The translations under genes and the position numbers were made by a program. Of a DNA stretch of 39,713 bases, positions 20,008-30,613 are shown in pieces. How positions within the stretch are numbered: the stretch's first letter is position 1; each line of letters starts with the position of its first letter. Under the pieces are notes generated by a model. It was not told the origin of the DNA. It searched no databases and saw only the letters and a list, made by a program, of their open reading frames with translations. The DNA is from Escherichia phage vB_EcoP_SYGE1. The stretch lies in the sequence record MW883060, one strand, 5' to 3'.

Positions 20008-20325
20008 TTAAATGTTGATGCCGCCACCGGAGCTACGGGCTACGCTCAAGGACTTCTTACCACCAGAACGAGCTTTCTTACGTCCGCTTTCGGTCTGTGC
20101 TTCGTCCTCCGTGGAAACCTCTTTCTCAGGTACGTCAACAATCTGTGCAGCAGGAGTTGCGGCAGCCGTTGGTTGCGGTACTTCAACTACCTGTGTTTCA
20201 CCAGCACCTGCCAGCGCACCAGCGACCTGTTTAATAGGACGAGTCACTTCCTTGGTAGCTTTCTTCACAGCTTTCGTAATTGGCTTTGTGGCTTTCTTCA
20301 CTACCTTCTTAACTTTCTTACCCAT
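20008..20325 (-). CDS. gp7.3 tail/host-range protein
   Basis: 105 aa, lysine-rich MGKKVKKVVKKATK... and a C-terminus ...ESGRKKARSGGKKSLSVARSSGGGINI similar to recalled T7 gp7.3. Confidence 0.8.
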   Translation of the reverse strand: MGKKVKKVVKKATKPITKAVKKATKEVTRPIKQVAGALAGAGETQVVEVPQPTAAATPAAQIVDVPEKEVSTEDEAQTESGRKKARSGGKKSLSVARSSGGGINI

Positions 20326-20328
20326 AAC

Positions 20329-20730
20329 TTATACCTCCTTAAAGTATACACGCATTGTCTCGCCTTCGTGTTTACAGCGGGACACCCAATCGCAATCGTG
20401 GAGTTCTGCAAGGTACTTAAAGCGTTTCGCTAGGAATCGCTGTAAGCCCTTAGAGTCTGCCTCAGGATTAATAACAACGGACGTAACGTCCAGAATGTCT
20501 CCCTTGTGGTGAATGTCACAGCTTACGCACCACGCTAAGTACGCTACATGTTTTCCTGTAGAGTCCAGAATGTACTCTTCACGACAACCAGACATGTCCA
20601 TTACTGCGTCCACGTAGAGGCTGTAACCTATGAAGTGACCTTCAAATCCCTTAGGCAACCCAAGGTGTTCCACAGTCCACCGAATTGCACGGAAGCGACT
20701 CTTGGCCTCCACACATGTGAACTCAGACAT
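20329..20730 (-). CDS. gp7 host-range protein
   Basis: 133 aa from ATG at 20728..20730 (MSEFTCVEAKSRF...); the track ORF begins one codon upstream at GTG. The start overlaps the gp6.7 stop (TGATG). Confidence 0.8.
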   Translation of the reverse strand: MSEFTCVEAKSRFRAIRWTVEHLGLPKGFEGHFIGYSLYVDAVMDMSGCREEYILDSTGKHVAYLAWCVSCDIHHKGDILDVTSVVINPEADSKGLQRFLAKRFKYLAELHDCDWVSRCKHEGETMRVYFKEV

Positions 20731-20996
20731 CACTTCTTACCTTCAAATGCGGACTTACGGATTGAAGATTTCATACGAGCTGAACCAGTACCACTGGCTT
20801 TATACTTCGCTACGGAATCGTCGCGTTCGACCTTGAGACCTTTGCGTCCAGACACTTCGGTGCCTTCGGTATCCGTCTCATCAGAAGACCCACCGAACTC
20901 CACGCTTGACACTTCTTTGGTCAGAGGCGCTGGCTCAACGGCTCGAATCTGATTGGTATCCATCTTCGGAACTTTAACTTTCGGTGAGAAACACAT
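20730..20996 (-). CDS. gp6.7 virion/morphogenesis protein
   Basis: 88 aa from ATG at 20994..20996 preceded by GGGGAGGATTGACCTT; MCFSPKVKVPKMDTNQIRAV... Confidence 0.8.
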   Translation of the reverse strand: MCFSPKVKVPKMDTNQIRAVEPAPLTKEVSSVEFGGSSDETDTEGTEVSGRKGLKVERDDSVAKYKASGTGSARMKSSIRKSAFEGKK

Positions 20997-21000
20997 AAGG

Positions 21001-21255
21001 TCAATCCTCCCCATCATCTCTTAGTTGTTCCTTGCGTAACTCAATCTCATCAATGACGTTAGAGGCATACTGTAGGCCCTGAATGAAACCCAAGATGTGG
21101 GCTTCACTACAACCATTAGCACGCATAAGTCCTATATGACCAGACGCTTCGAGATACGCGTAGTTGAATCGAACCTGTAGATACTCAGCGGTTGCACGAG
21201 GCACGTCTGGAACATCATTAGGGTTCTTAAGTAATTGGTTAATAGGTGTTAACAT
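21001..21255 (-). CDS. gp6.5
   Basis: 84 aa with ATG start, directly downstream of phi6.5. Confidence 0.75.
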   Translation of the reverse strand: MLTPINQLLKNPNDVPDVPRATAEYLQVRFNYAYLEASGHIGLMRANGCSEAHILGFIQGLQYASNVIDEIELRKEQLRDDGED

Positions 21256-21287
21256 GATAAAGATTCCTCTTAGAGTTAAATCTTAAA

Positions 21288-21352
21288 GTAATAATCATAA
21301 AGGCCCCTATCTCCCTATAGTGAGTCGTATTAATTTAGGGACCTTGAGTTTA
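21288..21352 (-). promoter_or_regulatory. Putative RNase III site R6.5 enclosing the phi6.5 promoter
   Basis: ataaaggcccctatc...[promoter]...gggaccttgagtttatt inverted elements flank the promoter. Confidence 0.4.
21310..21332 (-). promoter_or_regulatory. Phage RNAP promoter phi6.5
   Basis: Perfect consensus 23-mer on the minus strand. Confidence 0.9.
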
Positions 21353-21466
21353 TTACTTAGTGTCGTGTAACGACTTGATTATTCTGGCTAAGTCCAAAAG
21401 GCCCCACGAAATGAGGCACACTCCGATACCACAAAGACCAAGACCAATATACGCTACGGTCTCCAC
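21353..21466 (-). CDS. gp6.3-like 37-aa peptide
   Basis: GTG start 7 nt after AAGGAG, overlapping the end of gene 6; VETVAYIGLGLCGIGVCLISWGLLDLARIIKSLHDTK is hydrophobic; size matches T7 gene 6.3. The start codon is uncertain. Confidence 0.45.
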   Translation of the reverse strand: METVAYIGLGLCGIGVCLISWGLLDLARIIKSLHDTK

Positions 21467-22356
21467 AGGTAAATCTCCTTGTCAATAAAGTTGTACTCGT
21501 TGAACCGAAGGATGCGAGCCAGCTGGCCCTGCTTGATAATATCCTCTTCGGTCATACCAGCCTTAGCGCCAATGGACTTAATGCAGTCCCAAAGCGTCTC
21601 ATGAGGCTCAGGGTCGCGTTTAACCCATTTAGTAACCGCTTGGCCTTTGTTCTTGCCAGACTTAAGCACAGACGTTTTAGGCTCGACTATGAACGGGTTA
21701 TTCAAGAAGTCCTCGGCGGTATCACCCCATCCGGCAATCCCTGAGTAACCATCGGTGATGTCACCTTTGATTGTCTGGAAGAGGTGCCACCAGTCAGCGG
21801 ACTCTTCTGTCTGAGTAAGGATGTTACCAGTGGTACACCACAGGAAGTCACAGTTAGGGATGGTCTTAAAGTCCTTATCGCACGAGATGATTACCGCCTT
21901 ACGAGCACCGAAGGCAGACGGATTGGAAGCAATAACTCCCATAACGTCGTCACCCTCAAGCATAGGCTCACGGATGCAATAGAACTCTTCTCGCTCAAAG
22001 AGGGCATCAAGGAACTCAAAGTAACCTACAGGTTTCTTAATGGCCTTACGGTTAGCCTTGTAGTTCGGGTCAACCAGTTCTTTACGCCAGTTAACACTAT
22101 CGGTGAACGCAAGGACAATCGGAGCACCTACCCAAGCCTTCTTACGGGTCTCATAGGACTTAATGGAATCATCAAGAATCTGACGGGCCTTAGCGTGGTC
22201 ACAGCAGCGATGCCAAATCTCTTCCTCCCATGAGGCATCAAACTCAGCAGCACTCATCGCTTGGAAGACCAGCCAGTCACCATCCATCACAAGGATACCC
22301 TTGTCGTCACAGCCTTCACGTAACTCGTAGAATTGTTTAAGGTCAAGAAGTGCCAT
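21454..22356 (-). CDS. 5'-3' exonuclease gp6
   Basis: 300 aa with ATG start; near identical to recalled T7 gp6 (MALLDLKQFYELREGCDDKGILVMDGDW...). Confidence 0.95.
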   Translation of the reverse strand: MALLDLKQFYELREGCDDKGILVMDGDWLVFQAMSAAEFDASWEEEIWHRCCDHAKARQILDDSIKSYETRKKAWVGAPIVLAFTDSVNWRKELVDPNYKANRKAIKKPVGYFEFLDALFEREEFYCIREPMLEGDDVMGVIASNPSAFGARKAVIISCDKDFKTIPNCDFLWCTTGNILTQTEESADWWHLFQTIKGDITDGYSGIAGWGDTAEDFLNNPFIVEPKTSVLKSGKNKGQAVTKWVKRDPEPHETLWDCIKSIGAKAGMTEEDIIKQGQLARILRFNEYNFIDKEIYLWRP

Positions 22357-22501
22357 TAAGTTTCTCCTCTAGCTCAGCCACGTATTTGTCAGCTTCCATT
22401 AGTTGATTCTTAAGGCTATCGTTCTCACGTTCCAGAGAGTCGATGTAGCCCTGCATATCGTTCCACACATCGCGCGGAATAGTCACAAGGTCGCGAGACA
22501 T
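22343..22501 (-). CDS. gp5.9 RecBCD inhibitor
   Basis: 52 aa from the internal ATG at 22499..22501 (MSRDLVTIPRDVWNDMQGYIDSLEREND...), matching recalled T7 gp5.9; its start overlaps the gp5.7 stop. Confidence 0.8.
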   Translation of the reverse strand: MSRDLVTIPRDVWNDMQGYIDSLERENDSLKNQLMEADKYVAELEEKLNGTS

Positions 22502-22710
22502 TATACACAGCCTCCCATTCGTTTCAGAAAGCGAGTACCAGAAGCAGTGATTTCCCAAGCGCCACCGTTACGTCCACTTGTGGTCAGGCACGAGATGTGA
22601 CCACGGGAAGCGGCCTCCGCTACGAGGCTCGCATTGTTCCGTACATAGTTGGACTGGAAAGTCTTAGGGCAACTTTTGATTGCTTGCAGCACTTTAAGAT
22701 AGTCAGACAT
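22501..22710 (-). CDS. gp5.7
   Basis: 69 aa with ATG start; position as T7 gp5.7. Confidence 0.8.
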   Translation of the reverse strand: MSDYLKVLQAIKSCPKTFQSNYVRNNASLVAEAASRGHISCLTTSGRNGGAWEITASGTRFLKRMGGCV

Positions 22711-23012
22711 CAGAACACCTCCCGTACAGTTGCAGGAGAGAGTCGAATCAGTTTACGCTCAGACTCGCTCATGTCATTGTAGCTATCCTTAACGAATGAG
22801 CGAAGTTCATGCTTAATCAGGAACGTAGCGAGGCCCTCAGGACCATTCGTCAACGCTTGGACAAGCAACTCTTTCTTAAAGTCATCAACCTGTTCACCAG
22901 CGGCTACTGCCTTTGCAACTCGCATGACGTAGTCTTGTAGGTTTCGTTCACCTTCACTAGTAATTACAGCGGTAACATCAAAGGACGCTTTAAATTTCTT
23001 GGTGATAGCCAT
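22710..23012 (-). CDS. gp5.5 (H-NS-binding protein in T7)
   Basis: 100 aa from ATG at 23010..23012 preceded by ATAGGAGAAATTATT; the 147-aa track ORF is an upstream extension that overlaps gene 5 exon 2 in another frame. Confidence 0.75.
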   Translation of the reverse strand: MAITKKFKASFDVTAVITSEGERNLQDYVMRVAKAVAAGEQVDDFKKELLVQALTNGPEGLATFLIKHELRSFVKDSYNDMSESERKLIRLSPATVREVF

Positions 23013-23031
23013 AATAATTTCTCCTATAGAA

Positions 23032-25746
23032 TTAGTGACATACGGCCCAATTCGGACCAATCTTACCTTCGGTATCCAGAAGACACCGGAAGTTCCAGTG
23101 GTCTCCAACCCAGCGCATTGCTTCTTGTGCGGTCTCAATGACCACCTGAGCAATCTCTTCGGTACGGCAACCTACTTGAATCTCATCCTTTCTGTATTCT
23201 CCTATTACTAGGAGTGTCGGACTATATCATCAGCCTTTGAGTTGACTGTCTGGCGCTTCGGGTAACGAGGGAATCTCACCCTCGGCCCTACTCCTTTCGG
23301 ATAGTCTCTACGCCTTCCACTCTCTAATCCACTTACAAGCGGCAGAGAACGTTACACCAAACTTCTCACCTAAGTGTGTTCCTGTACATCCAGTCTCCAA
23401 CCAGTATTCCTTCGCGGACTCTTTACGGTCAGCGTAGCGTTCACTGTTTGTCTTGACTGTATGCTCAGAACCTTCTAGTAACTGGAGGTGCTCTACGTTA
23501 CAGCACGCCCTGTTCCTACACTTGTGGTCTACTTCATACCCTTCTGGTATATCTCCGTAGTGTTCCTTCCATACTGTCCTGTGATACATTTCTAGGACAC
23601 CGTTAGTCTTCTTTTGGAAATAACCATCAGCATTAAGTTTGTGTGACGTAGGGATGATACAACCACTCTCTGTGGCCGCAAGTATTAACTTCTTGCCTCT
23701 CATATATCCTCCCTATGGCTTGGCTCGGTATTGCCCAGAAGGGTTTCACCGAGTTCACCAGATTTAATGTGCACAATGAGATAGTTTATGCACCCATGCC
23801 ATGTACGCAAAGTCCCCATCCCATCCATGCTTCAAGCCTTTCTCTACAAGCATCTCTTCGGTCTTGATAATCCACAGTTTGCAGATAAGAGCACCAGCAG
23901 ATTGCAGTAGGGTATTCAAGGCAGCATGAGGACTACGAACGTGTACCTTACGACCATCCAGACCTTTAATCCAGCGGCGTTTCCACTTGACTTGTTGCTC
24001 ACCAGCTACCCATTGAGAGGACTCGACAAGTGTCTGTTGGATAGACTCGCGGAGTGCTGCAATCGCGGGGGTGTTCTCAAGGAATTTCTTCTTGAGTTCC
24101 TTACCGCGCTCTTTACCAGCACCAACAATCTGCCCAATCTTCTCATCACCAGCACCATAAAGGAACCCATAGATGAACGTCTTTGCGTTATCACGGGTAG
24201 GCAATTCAGCAGCTAGCTGGTTCTTAGTGTGGATGTCGCCATGAAGAATCTCTCTAGCGTACTCGCCGTTATCAAAGCGAGCCATGAAATGAGCCAAGCA
24301 GCGTAGCTCCAGACCGGATGCGTCTATACCTGCCTGAACCCAAGGCTTACCCGTAATACCGTCTAGGTGATGTTCAGCGCCAAAAGCAGCGCGGCACTTA
24401 TCACCATAAGGAGAACGGACACCGGGTACTTGTGCGAGGTTAGGGAAAGCGTGAGTAGCGCGCCCAGTAACAGCGCCGTTGGGATTAACAGAACCATGAA
24501 TCTTACCGTCCTCAGCAACGTAACGAAGCCACGCCTTGTCTCCCTCAGCAGACTGTCCGATTCGCTTCTGAATCATCAGGTACTCTTTAATGAGGTCGAT
24601 AGCAGCTTGCTTCTCAGGGTCATCTACACGCACTCCTTCGAGTACCTCATCGTCCACCACAGGAGCGCCATTATCGGTGTACTTCGTGGGGACCCAGCCA
24701 GCCTCTTGAAGTTTCTTCTGGATGTGGTCACGAGACGATGGGTTAAACACTACGTGCTCAACTGGGGTGTAAGGAGCACCAGCAACGTACTCTCGGGTAT
24801 CCAGTTCGCAAGGCTCAAGGCCTTCTCGCTGTGCCTTGTTCTTAGGCTTCTTAAAGATACCACCAACTTTAGGTGTCTTAATGCGAGGGTATTTAGGCAG
24901 TGGCTTACCTGTCCGTGGATGGCAGAACATTTCGGTACCACCTTTCGGCTGATACCATGAGCCGAACGTTTCGGTCAGCTTACGGAGCAACTCAGAGCGT
25001 CTCGCAGCTAACTCTACGTACAACTCTTCGATTGCTTTCGTGTCAAATGGGAATCCATTGCGTTCTTGCTTAGCGAGCAGCCATGCAGCACGATGCTCAA
25101 TGTCAACGGCCTCAAGGGATTCTGACCAGAACGTAGTGTATCCTACGTCCGTAAAGTCAATCTCAGGAGGGAAGTAATGTTTGTCAGAGAGTAGCTTCTC
25201 AAGGAGAGTTTTAGTGACCACAACGTCCTGAACGTTATAGGCCATCATCTCTTCGTTGAAGTTCCACCACTCCATTCCGTCAACGTATTCTTCACCTTGC
25301 TCTTCAAGCATACGCTTAAAGTCATCCTTGTATTCACCCTTCATCTCGCCTAAGCGATAGCCCCACGCCTCCAGAGCGTGAGACCCAAAGCGGTTCCCCG
25401 GCAACTTACCGGAACGCAGGAGACCCATATCGGTGTCCTTTAGGTTAGAGTGAATCAAACGTGACAGCACAAGGGTGTCAATACAGTTCTCGCGAGGAAG
25501 GTGGAACTCTCGGTTCAATTGTAGCTTTGCCAGTTTGGTCAATGCAGGAACGTCATACTTGTGACCGTTGTGGAACACAATAAGACCGCCTCGTGCAACC
25601 TCGGCTTCCAGCGCATCCAGATACGCACCGAAGTCACTCGGACGGTAGCTTACGTACTCAGCGGTGGAGTAGTCGTAGATAACCCCGCAGTGGAACTTAG
25701 TGACGCTCTCTAAGAGGGCGTTAGCTTCGATGTCAGAAACGATCAT
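23032..25746 (-). CDS. DNA polymerase gp5, split gene: exon 1 25746..23788, exon 2 23187..23032, spliced product 704 aa
   Basis: The track ORF (660 aa) follows T7 gp5 up to ...FAYMAWVH and then adds 7 unrelated residues before a stop. The missing C-terminus ([51 protein letters not shown]-stop) is encoded 600 nt downstream. 653 + 51 = 704 aa, the T7 gp5 length. Confidence 0.85.
23188..23787 (-). mobile_element. Group I self-splicing intron (600 nt) in DNA polymerase gene 5, carrying an HNH homing endonuclease ORF
   Basis: Exon 1 ends in U and the intron ends in G. Intron positions 14-19 (GUGCAC) can pair with the exon 1 end GUGCAU including the U-G wobble (P1); positions 8-13 (CUCAUU) can pair with the exon 2 start GAUGAG (P10). 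The 3' part has P7-like AGACUA...GAUAUAGUCCGAC and a terminal hairpin CUCCUAGUAAUAGGAG. Confidence 0.8.
23308..23703 (-). CDS. Intron-encoded HNH homing endonuclease (131 aa)
   Basis: ATG preceded by AGGGAGGATAT; HNH motif [20 protein letters not shown]; its TAG stop abuts the P7-like core element. Confidence 0.8.
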   Translation of the reverse strand: MRGKKLILAATESGCIIPTSHKLNADGYFQKKTNGVLEMYHRTVWKEHYGDIPEGYEVDHKCRNRACCNVEHLQLLEGSEHTVKTNSERYADRKESAKEYWLETGCTGTHLGEKFGVTFSAACKWIREWKA

Positions 25747-25764
25747 ATTGATTTCTCCTATTGA

Positions 25765-26172
25765 TTATCGCGACTTAACAATCTCTTCATACGAGACAAC
25801 AGTCAAGAATTTTGTATGAAATGGGCAGGCACTATCCGTAACTATTGCACCTCGTGGAGTTACACCTGTGATGTATGATACTTGTGCATATCTGTCACTA
25901 ACTGAGCGGACGTAGCCATACCAACTGACAACTCCCATGTCAACCTTAACCCAATCACCAGCCTTGATGTGGGTCATAGTGTCCTTATCGAACACCTTAT
26001 GGCTCAGCTTGGTAACTTCTGGTTTCTTCCAGCCAGTCTGTCTTGTCCAAGTCCAGCCTAAGTTCTTCAAGATGTGAACAGCGGAGCGGGTCTTGTCCTC
26101 ATGGAGCTTAACGTCCTCCAGTTCAGCTTCCAACTTAGCGATTTCTGCTTGGATAACTTTAGGGTCACGCAT
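25765..26172 (-). CDS. gp4.7
   Basis: 135 aa from ATG at 26170..26172 (MRDPKVIQAEIAKLEAELEDVK...), matching recalled T7 gp4.7; the track ORF is an upstream extension through the promoter. Confidence 0.8.
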   Translation of the reverse strand: MRDPKVIQAEIAKLEAELEDVKLHEDKTRSAVHILKNLGWTWTRQTGWKKPEVTKLSHKVFDKDTMTHIKAGDWVKVDMGVVSWYGYVRSVSDRYAQVSYITGVTPRGAIVTDSACPFHTKFLTVVSYEEIVKSR

Positions 26173-26178
26173 GGTAAT

Positions 26179-26201
26179 ATCTCCTATAGTGAGTCGAATA
26201 G
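26179..26201 (-). promoter_or_regulatory. Phage RNAP promoter phi4.7
   Basis: Minus strand reads ...ATTCGACTCACTATAGGAGAT... Confidence 0.8.
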
Positions 26202-26202
26202 T

Positions 26203-26245
26203 ATTCATGAAGGCCACCACTCGGGCGACCTTGAGGATACCACTC
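26203..26245 (-). promoter_or_regulatory. Putative RNase III site R4.7
   Basis: catgaaggccaccactcgggcgaccttgagg matches the recurrent ...aaggccac...gaccttgag motif. Confidence 0.4.
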
Positions 26246-26515
26246 TTAGCTATCAATCTTGTCGAGGATAGCCATAGCTTCATTGATGCGACCAGCTTCA
26301 TGAATTGCTGTCACGGCAGCTTTGGTAAGCGCATTGACCAGACGCAGTGCTTGCTCATCTGTCAACGTCATACGCTGAGTGTGATTCTTAGAGGACTTAG
26401 AGTCCTTCCAGCGGTAAACCATAGTCGCCTTACCGTTGCGAACGTTGATGTGGACTCGACGGTTCCACTGGTCAGCGGTATCGGATAGACGGATTGTTTC
26501 AGCTACGTTAGACAT
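26246..26515 (-). CDS. gp4.5
   Basis: 89 aa from ATG at 26513..26515 preceded by CAGGAGAAACCATT; MSNVAETIRLSDTADQWNRRVH... Confidence 0.8.
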   Translation of the reverse strand: MSNVAETIRLSDTADQWNRRVHINVRNGKATMVYRWKDSKSSKNHTQRMTLTDEQALRLVNALTKAAVTAIHEAGRINEAMAILDKIDS

Positions 26516-26534
26516 AATGGTTTCTCCTGTTTGA

Positions 26535-26747
26535 TTACTCAAAGAATTTGGAAAGTTGCTGAGCTTGGTTTGCTACATGGGCAGCTTCGGTAACTTTAGT
26601 GGATGCGCTGTCAGCCAGTTCGTTGGCTCGAATCGCCAGAGCGCGTGACTGTGTGGCCTCTTTACGAGCCTCATCGTTCAGACGCTTGGCTTCCACGTTG
26701 TACATACGAACCAGCAGTTGGCCTAATTTCTTAATCAGTTTGAACAC
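26535..26747 (-). CDS. gp4.3
   Basis: 70 aa, directly downstream of phi4.3. Confidence 0.8.
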   Translation of the reverse strand: MFKLIKKLGQLLVRMYNVEAKRLNDEARKEATQSRALAIRANELADSASTKVTEAAHVANQAQQLSKFFE

Positions 26748-26759
26748 GGTGTGTCTCCT

Positions 26760-28509
<1,750 letters not shown>

Positions 28510-28541
28510 TCAACATTGCGAACAAAGGGAAACCGTTGTGG

Positions 28542-28564
28542 TCTCCCTTTAGTGAGTTCAATTA
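28542..28564 (-). promoter_or_regulatory. Phage RNAP promoter phi3.8
   Basis: Minus strand reads AATTGAACTCACTAAAGGGAGACCACAACGGTTTCCC. Confidence 0.8.
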
Positions 28565-28565
28565 A

Positions 28566-29021
28566 TTATCCACGGTCAGAAGTGACCAGTTCGTTCTTCT
28601 CCCACCAACGCTTAAGGTCGAACGAAGGGCAAGCCTTAGGTGCCACGTCATGATGCGCCCGAAGCACAGCGCCTTCGTACTTAGCCAGCAGTGTGACAAG
28701 CAGTGAGCGGAGGGATTGCATTTGGGCTGGCGTAAAGTTAGCGTTAAACTTACCTTTATCGCCGATACCACCTACAAGGCAGACACCAATAGAGTTGTGA
28801 TTGTAGTCCTTAGCGTGAGAGCCTACAGCCATCTCATCTCGGCCTTCCTCCACAGTACCATCGCGCTTGATGATAAAGTGATACCCCACATCGAGCCAAC
28901 CTTGCTCTTTATGCCACTGGCGAATCTCACGGACACCTACATTCTGACTTGGCTTGGTAGCCGAGCAGTGAACAAAGATTGCGTCAGTAGATTCACGTTG
29001 TTTAAACTGTACACGAGCCAT
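28566..29021 (-). CDS. Lysozyme / N-acetylmuramoyl-L-alanine amidase gp3.5 (also the phage RNAP inhibitor in T7)
   Basis: 151 aa, MARVQFKQRESTDAIFVHCSATKPSQNVGVREIRQWH..., near identical to recalled T7 gp3.5. Confidence 0.95.
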   Translation of the reverse strand: MARVQFKQRESTDAIFVHCSATKPSQNVGVREIRQWHKEQGWLDVGYHFIIKRDGTVEEGRDEMAVGSHAKDYNHNSIGVCLVGGIGDKGKFNANFTPAQMQSLRSLLVTLLAKYEGAVLRAHHDVAPKACPSFDLKRWWEKNELVTSDRG

Positions 29022-29470
29022 TATTTCTTTCCTCCTTTCCTTTTTAATCTATCAAAGGGGACCTTCTTCTTGGGTTCCTTTATCCACTCAGCAGGTATCA
29101 GTTTATCAGCGAACTTAATGCCATGCTTTTCGCAGAACTCTCCATAAGACGTTGGAGAACCTTTGTATAACTTAGTACGTGAGCTTGAGAAGACAATACG
29201 GATGTCTAACTCGGGGTGCTGCTCCCTAATTAATAAGTGCTTCTTTCTATCATCGCTTTCCCACAGACCCTTCGTCTCAACGAATATACCGTTGGGAAGT
29301 AAGAAGTCTGGGGTGTAAGTGTGACTGCTCGCCGGAATTACATAAGGCACTTTCCACTCTTCATACTCGAATTTAATACCTTTTGATTCCAACTGCTTTG
29401 AAACCTTGTCCTCTAGGCCAGAGCGAAACGCTCCAACCTTTCGGATTCCTTTAGCGCCGTAACCTGCCAT
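29021..29470 (-). CDS. Endonuclease I (Holliday junction resolvase) gp3
   Basis: 149 aa from ATG at 29468..29470 preceded by GGGAGGCGAC; MAGYGAKGIRKVGAFRSGLEDK... Confidence 0.9.
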   Translation of the reverse strand: MAGYGAKGIRKVGAFRSGLEDKVSKQLESKGIKFEYEEWKVPYVIPASSHTYTPDFLLPNGIFVETKGLWESDDRKKHLLIREQHPELDIRIVFSSSRTKLYKGSPTSYGEFCEKHGIKFADKLIPAEWIKEPKKKVPFDRLKRKGGKK

Positions 29471-29870
29471 GTCGCCTCCCTTTGCGTATATCACAAATAG
29501 TCTGTTGGGAGACACCATAGGTGCGAGCTAAGGATACATTGGACTCGCTGGACTCCATGATTGCCATTACGTCTTCGTCTGAAAGTTTATACCCCTTGTG
29601 TGAGCGACCCTTATTTACCATGTCAGCGGAGTTCTCTTTTGGAGTTCCTATGGATAGGTGTTCAGGGTTACAACATAATGGATTATCACAGGAGTGCAGG
29701 ACGGTAGAACCTTTAGGAGCATTAGACATTATGCGGTGGCAGTATACAACCTTTCCGGTATTACTGCACCACACCTGCCCGTACCCTTTACTGTTCGTAG
29801 CACCCTGCCACTCCCAACACCCAGAGGAAGTCACCTTGATTCGCTCAAGGATTTTCTCCCGCAGTTCCAC
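29451..29870 (-). CDS. gp2.8, HNH-like nuclease-fold protein with a C-terminal HTH-like segment
   Basis: 139 aa with GTG start; HSCDNPLCCNPEHL is an HNH-type motif; the C-terminus VSLARTYGVSQQTICDIRKGR is HTH-like. Confidence 0.7.
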   Translation of the reverse strand: MELREKILERIKVTSSGCWEWQGATNSKGYGQVWCSNTGKVVYCHRIMSNAPKGSTVLHSCDNPLCCNPEHLSIGTPKENSADMVNKGRSHKGYKLSDEDVMAIMESSESNVSLARTYGVSQQTICDIRKGRRHGRLRR

Positions 29871-30569
29871 TTAGAAATCCCCGTCTTCGTCTACTTCATC
29901 GGACTCTTCGTCGTCTTCGTCCCAGCTTTCTTCGTCGCGTGGTTTGCTCGCTTTGGCAGAACCAGAGGCAACATAGCCGTTCTCTTCGACTTCATCGGCC
30001 CAATCGTCTTCACCGCCACCAAAGGTAGCCAGTTCGACCAGCATCACGGATTCCAGTTGCAGCTTAACGCTTGCACCAACAGCGGTGTTCCACTTGTAAG
30101 GAACCAGAGAGTATTTGACTTTCAGTTTTGAGCCACCACCGATAATCGGAACGTCTTCCATCTTCTTACCTTTGGAGTCAACCACAACCAGATTGATGTG
30201 CTTGGTCTCTTTGGTCTTCTTGTCTTGGAAAGACGCGTAGCATTTGAACTTAAAGGTAGTCGTACCGTCACCATTATCGAAGAACGGCATGTCACCTTCA
30301 TACGGTTTCAGCGGTTTCTTACCACGAGCTACAGCAGGTGGATTAGCTTCGTATTCCTCAACGGCAGCAGCATAAGCCTCTTCGTGACACTTCACGATTT
30401 CATCGACCATGCGTTGGCAGCGTGGGTCTTTGTTGGGAGTAGTCAGGTCAACTTTGTAGACACCGCGAGGGTTCCCAAAGCCACGCTCCTCGTTACCGTA
30501 GTCCGGCTTGGAGAGGTAAGCGTAAGGTTCAGCAGTACCCAGCGCAGAGGTGAAAATCTTCTTAGCCAT
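29871..30569 (-). CDS. Single-stranded DNA-binding protein gp2.5
   Basis: 232 aa from ATG at 30567..30569; acidic C-terminal tail ...DEDDEESDEVDEDGDF; the track ORF begins at an upstream TTG. Confidence 0.95.
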   Translation of the reverse strand: MAKKIFTSALGTAEPYAYLSKPDYGNEERGFGNPRGVYKVDLTTPNKDPRCQRMVDEIVKCHEEAYAAAVEEYEANPPAVARGKKPLKPYEGDMPFFDNGDGTTTFKFKCYASFQDKKTKETKHINLVVVDSKGKKMEDVPIIGGGSKLKVKYSLVPYKWNTAVGASVKLQLESVMLVELATFGGGEDDWADEVEENGYVASGSAKASKPRDEESWDEDDEESDEVDEDGDF

Positions 30570-30613
30570 AATGTTAATCTCCTTTAGGTTTCGTTTGTTT
30601 CTCAAAGGGAGTC

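Noticed and set aside
22710-23153. 147-aa extended ORF upstream of gp5.5
   Set aside because: The N-terminal 47 codons overlap gene 5 exon 2 in another frame and lack an SD; the ATG at 23012 with ATAGGAGA upstream is the plausible gp5.5 start.
23764-23787. Last 7 codons (KLSHCAH) and stop of the 660-aa polymerase ORF
   Set aside because: These are intron sequence read through in frame; the genuine C-terminus is in exon 2 at 23187..23032.
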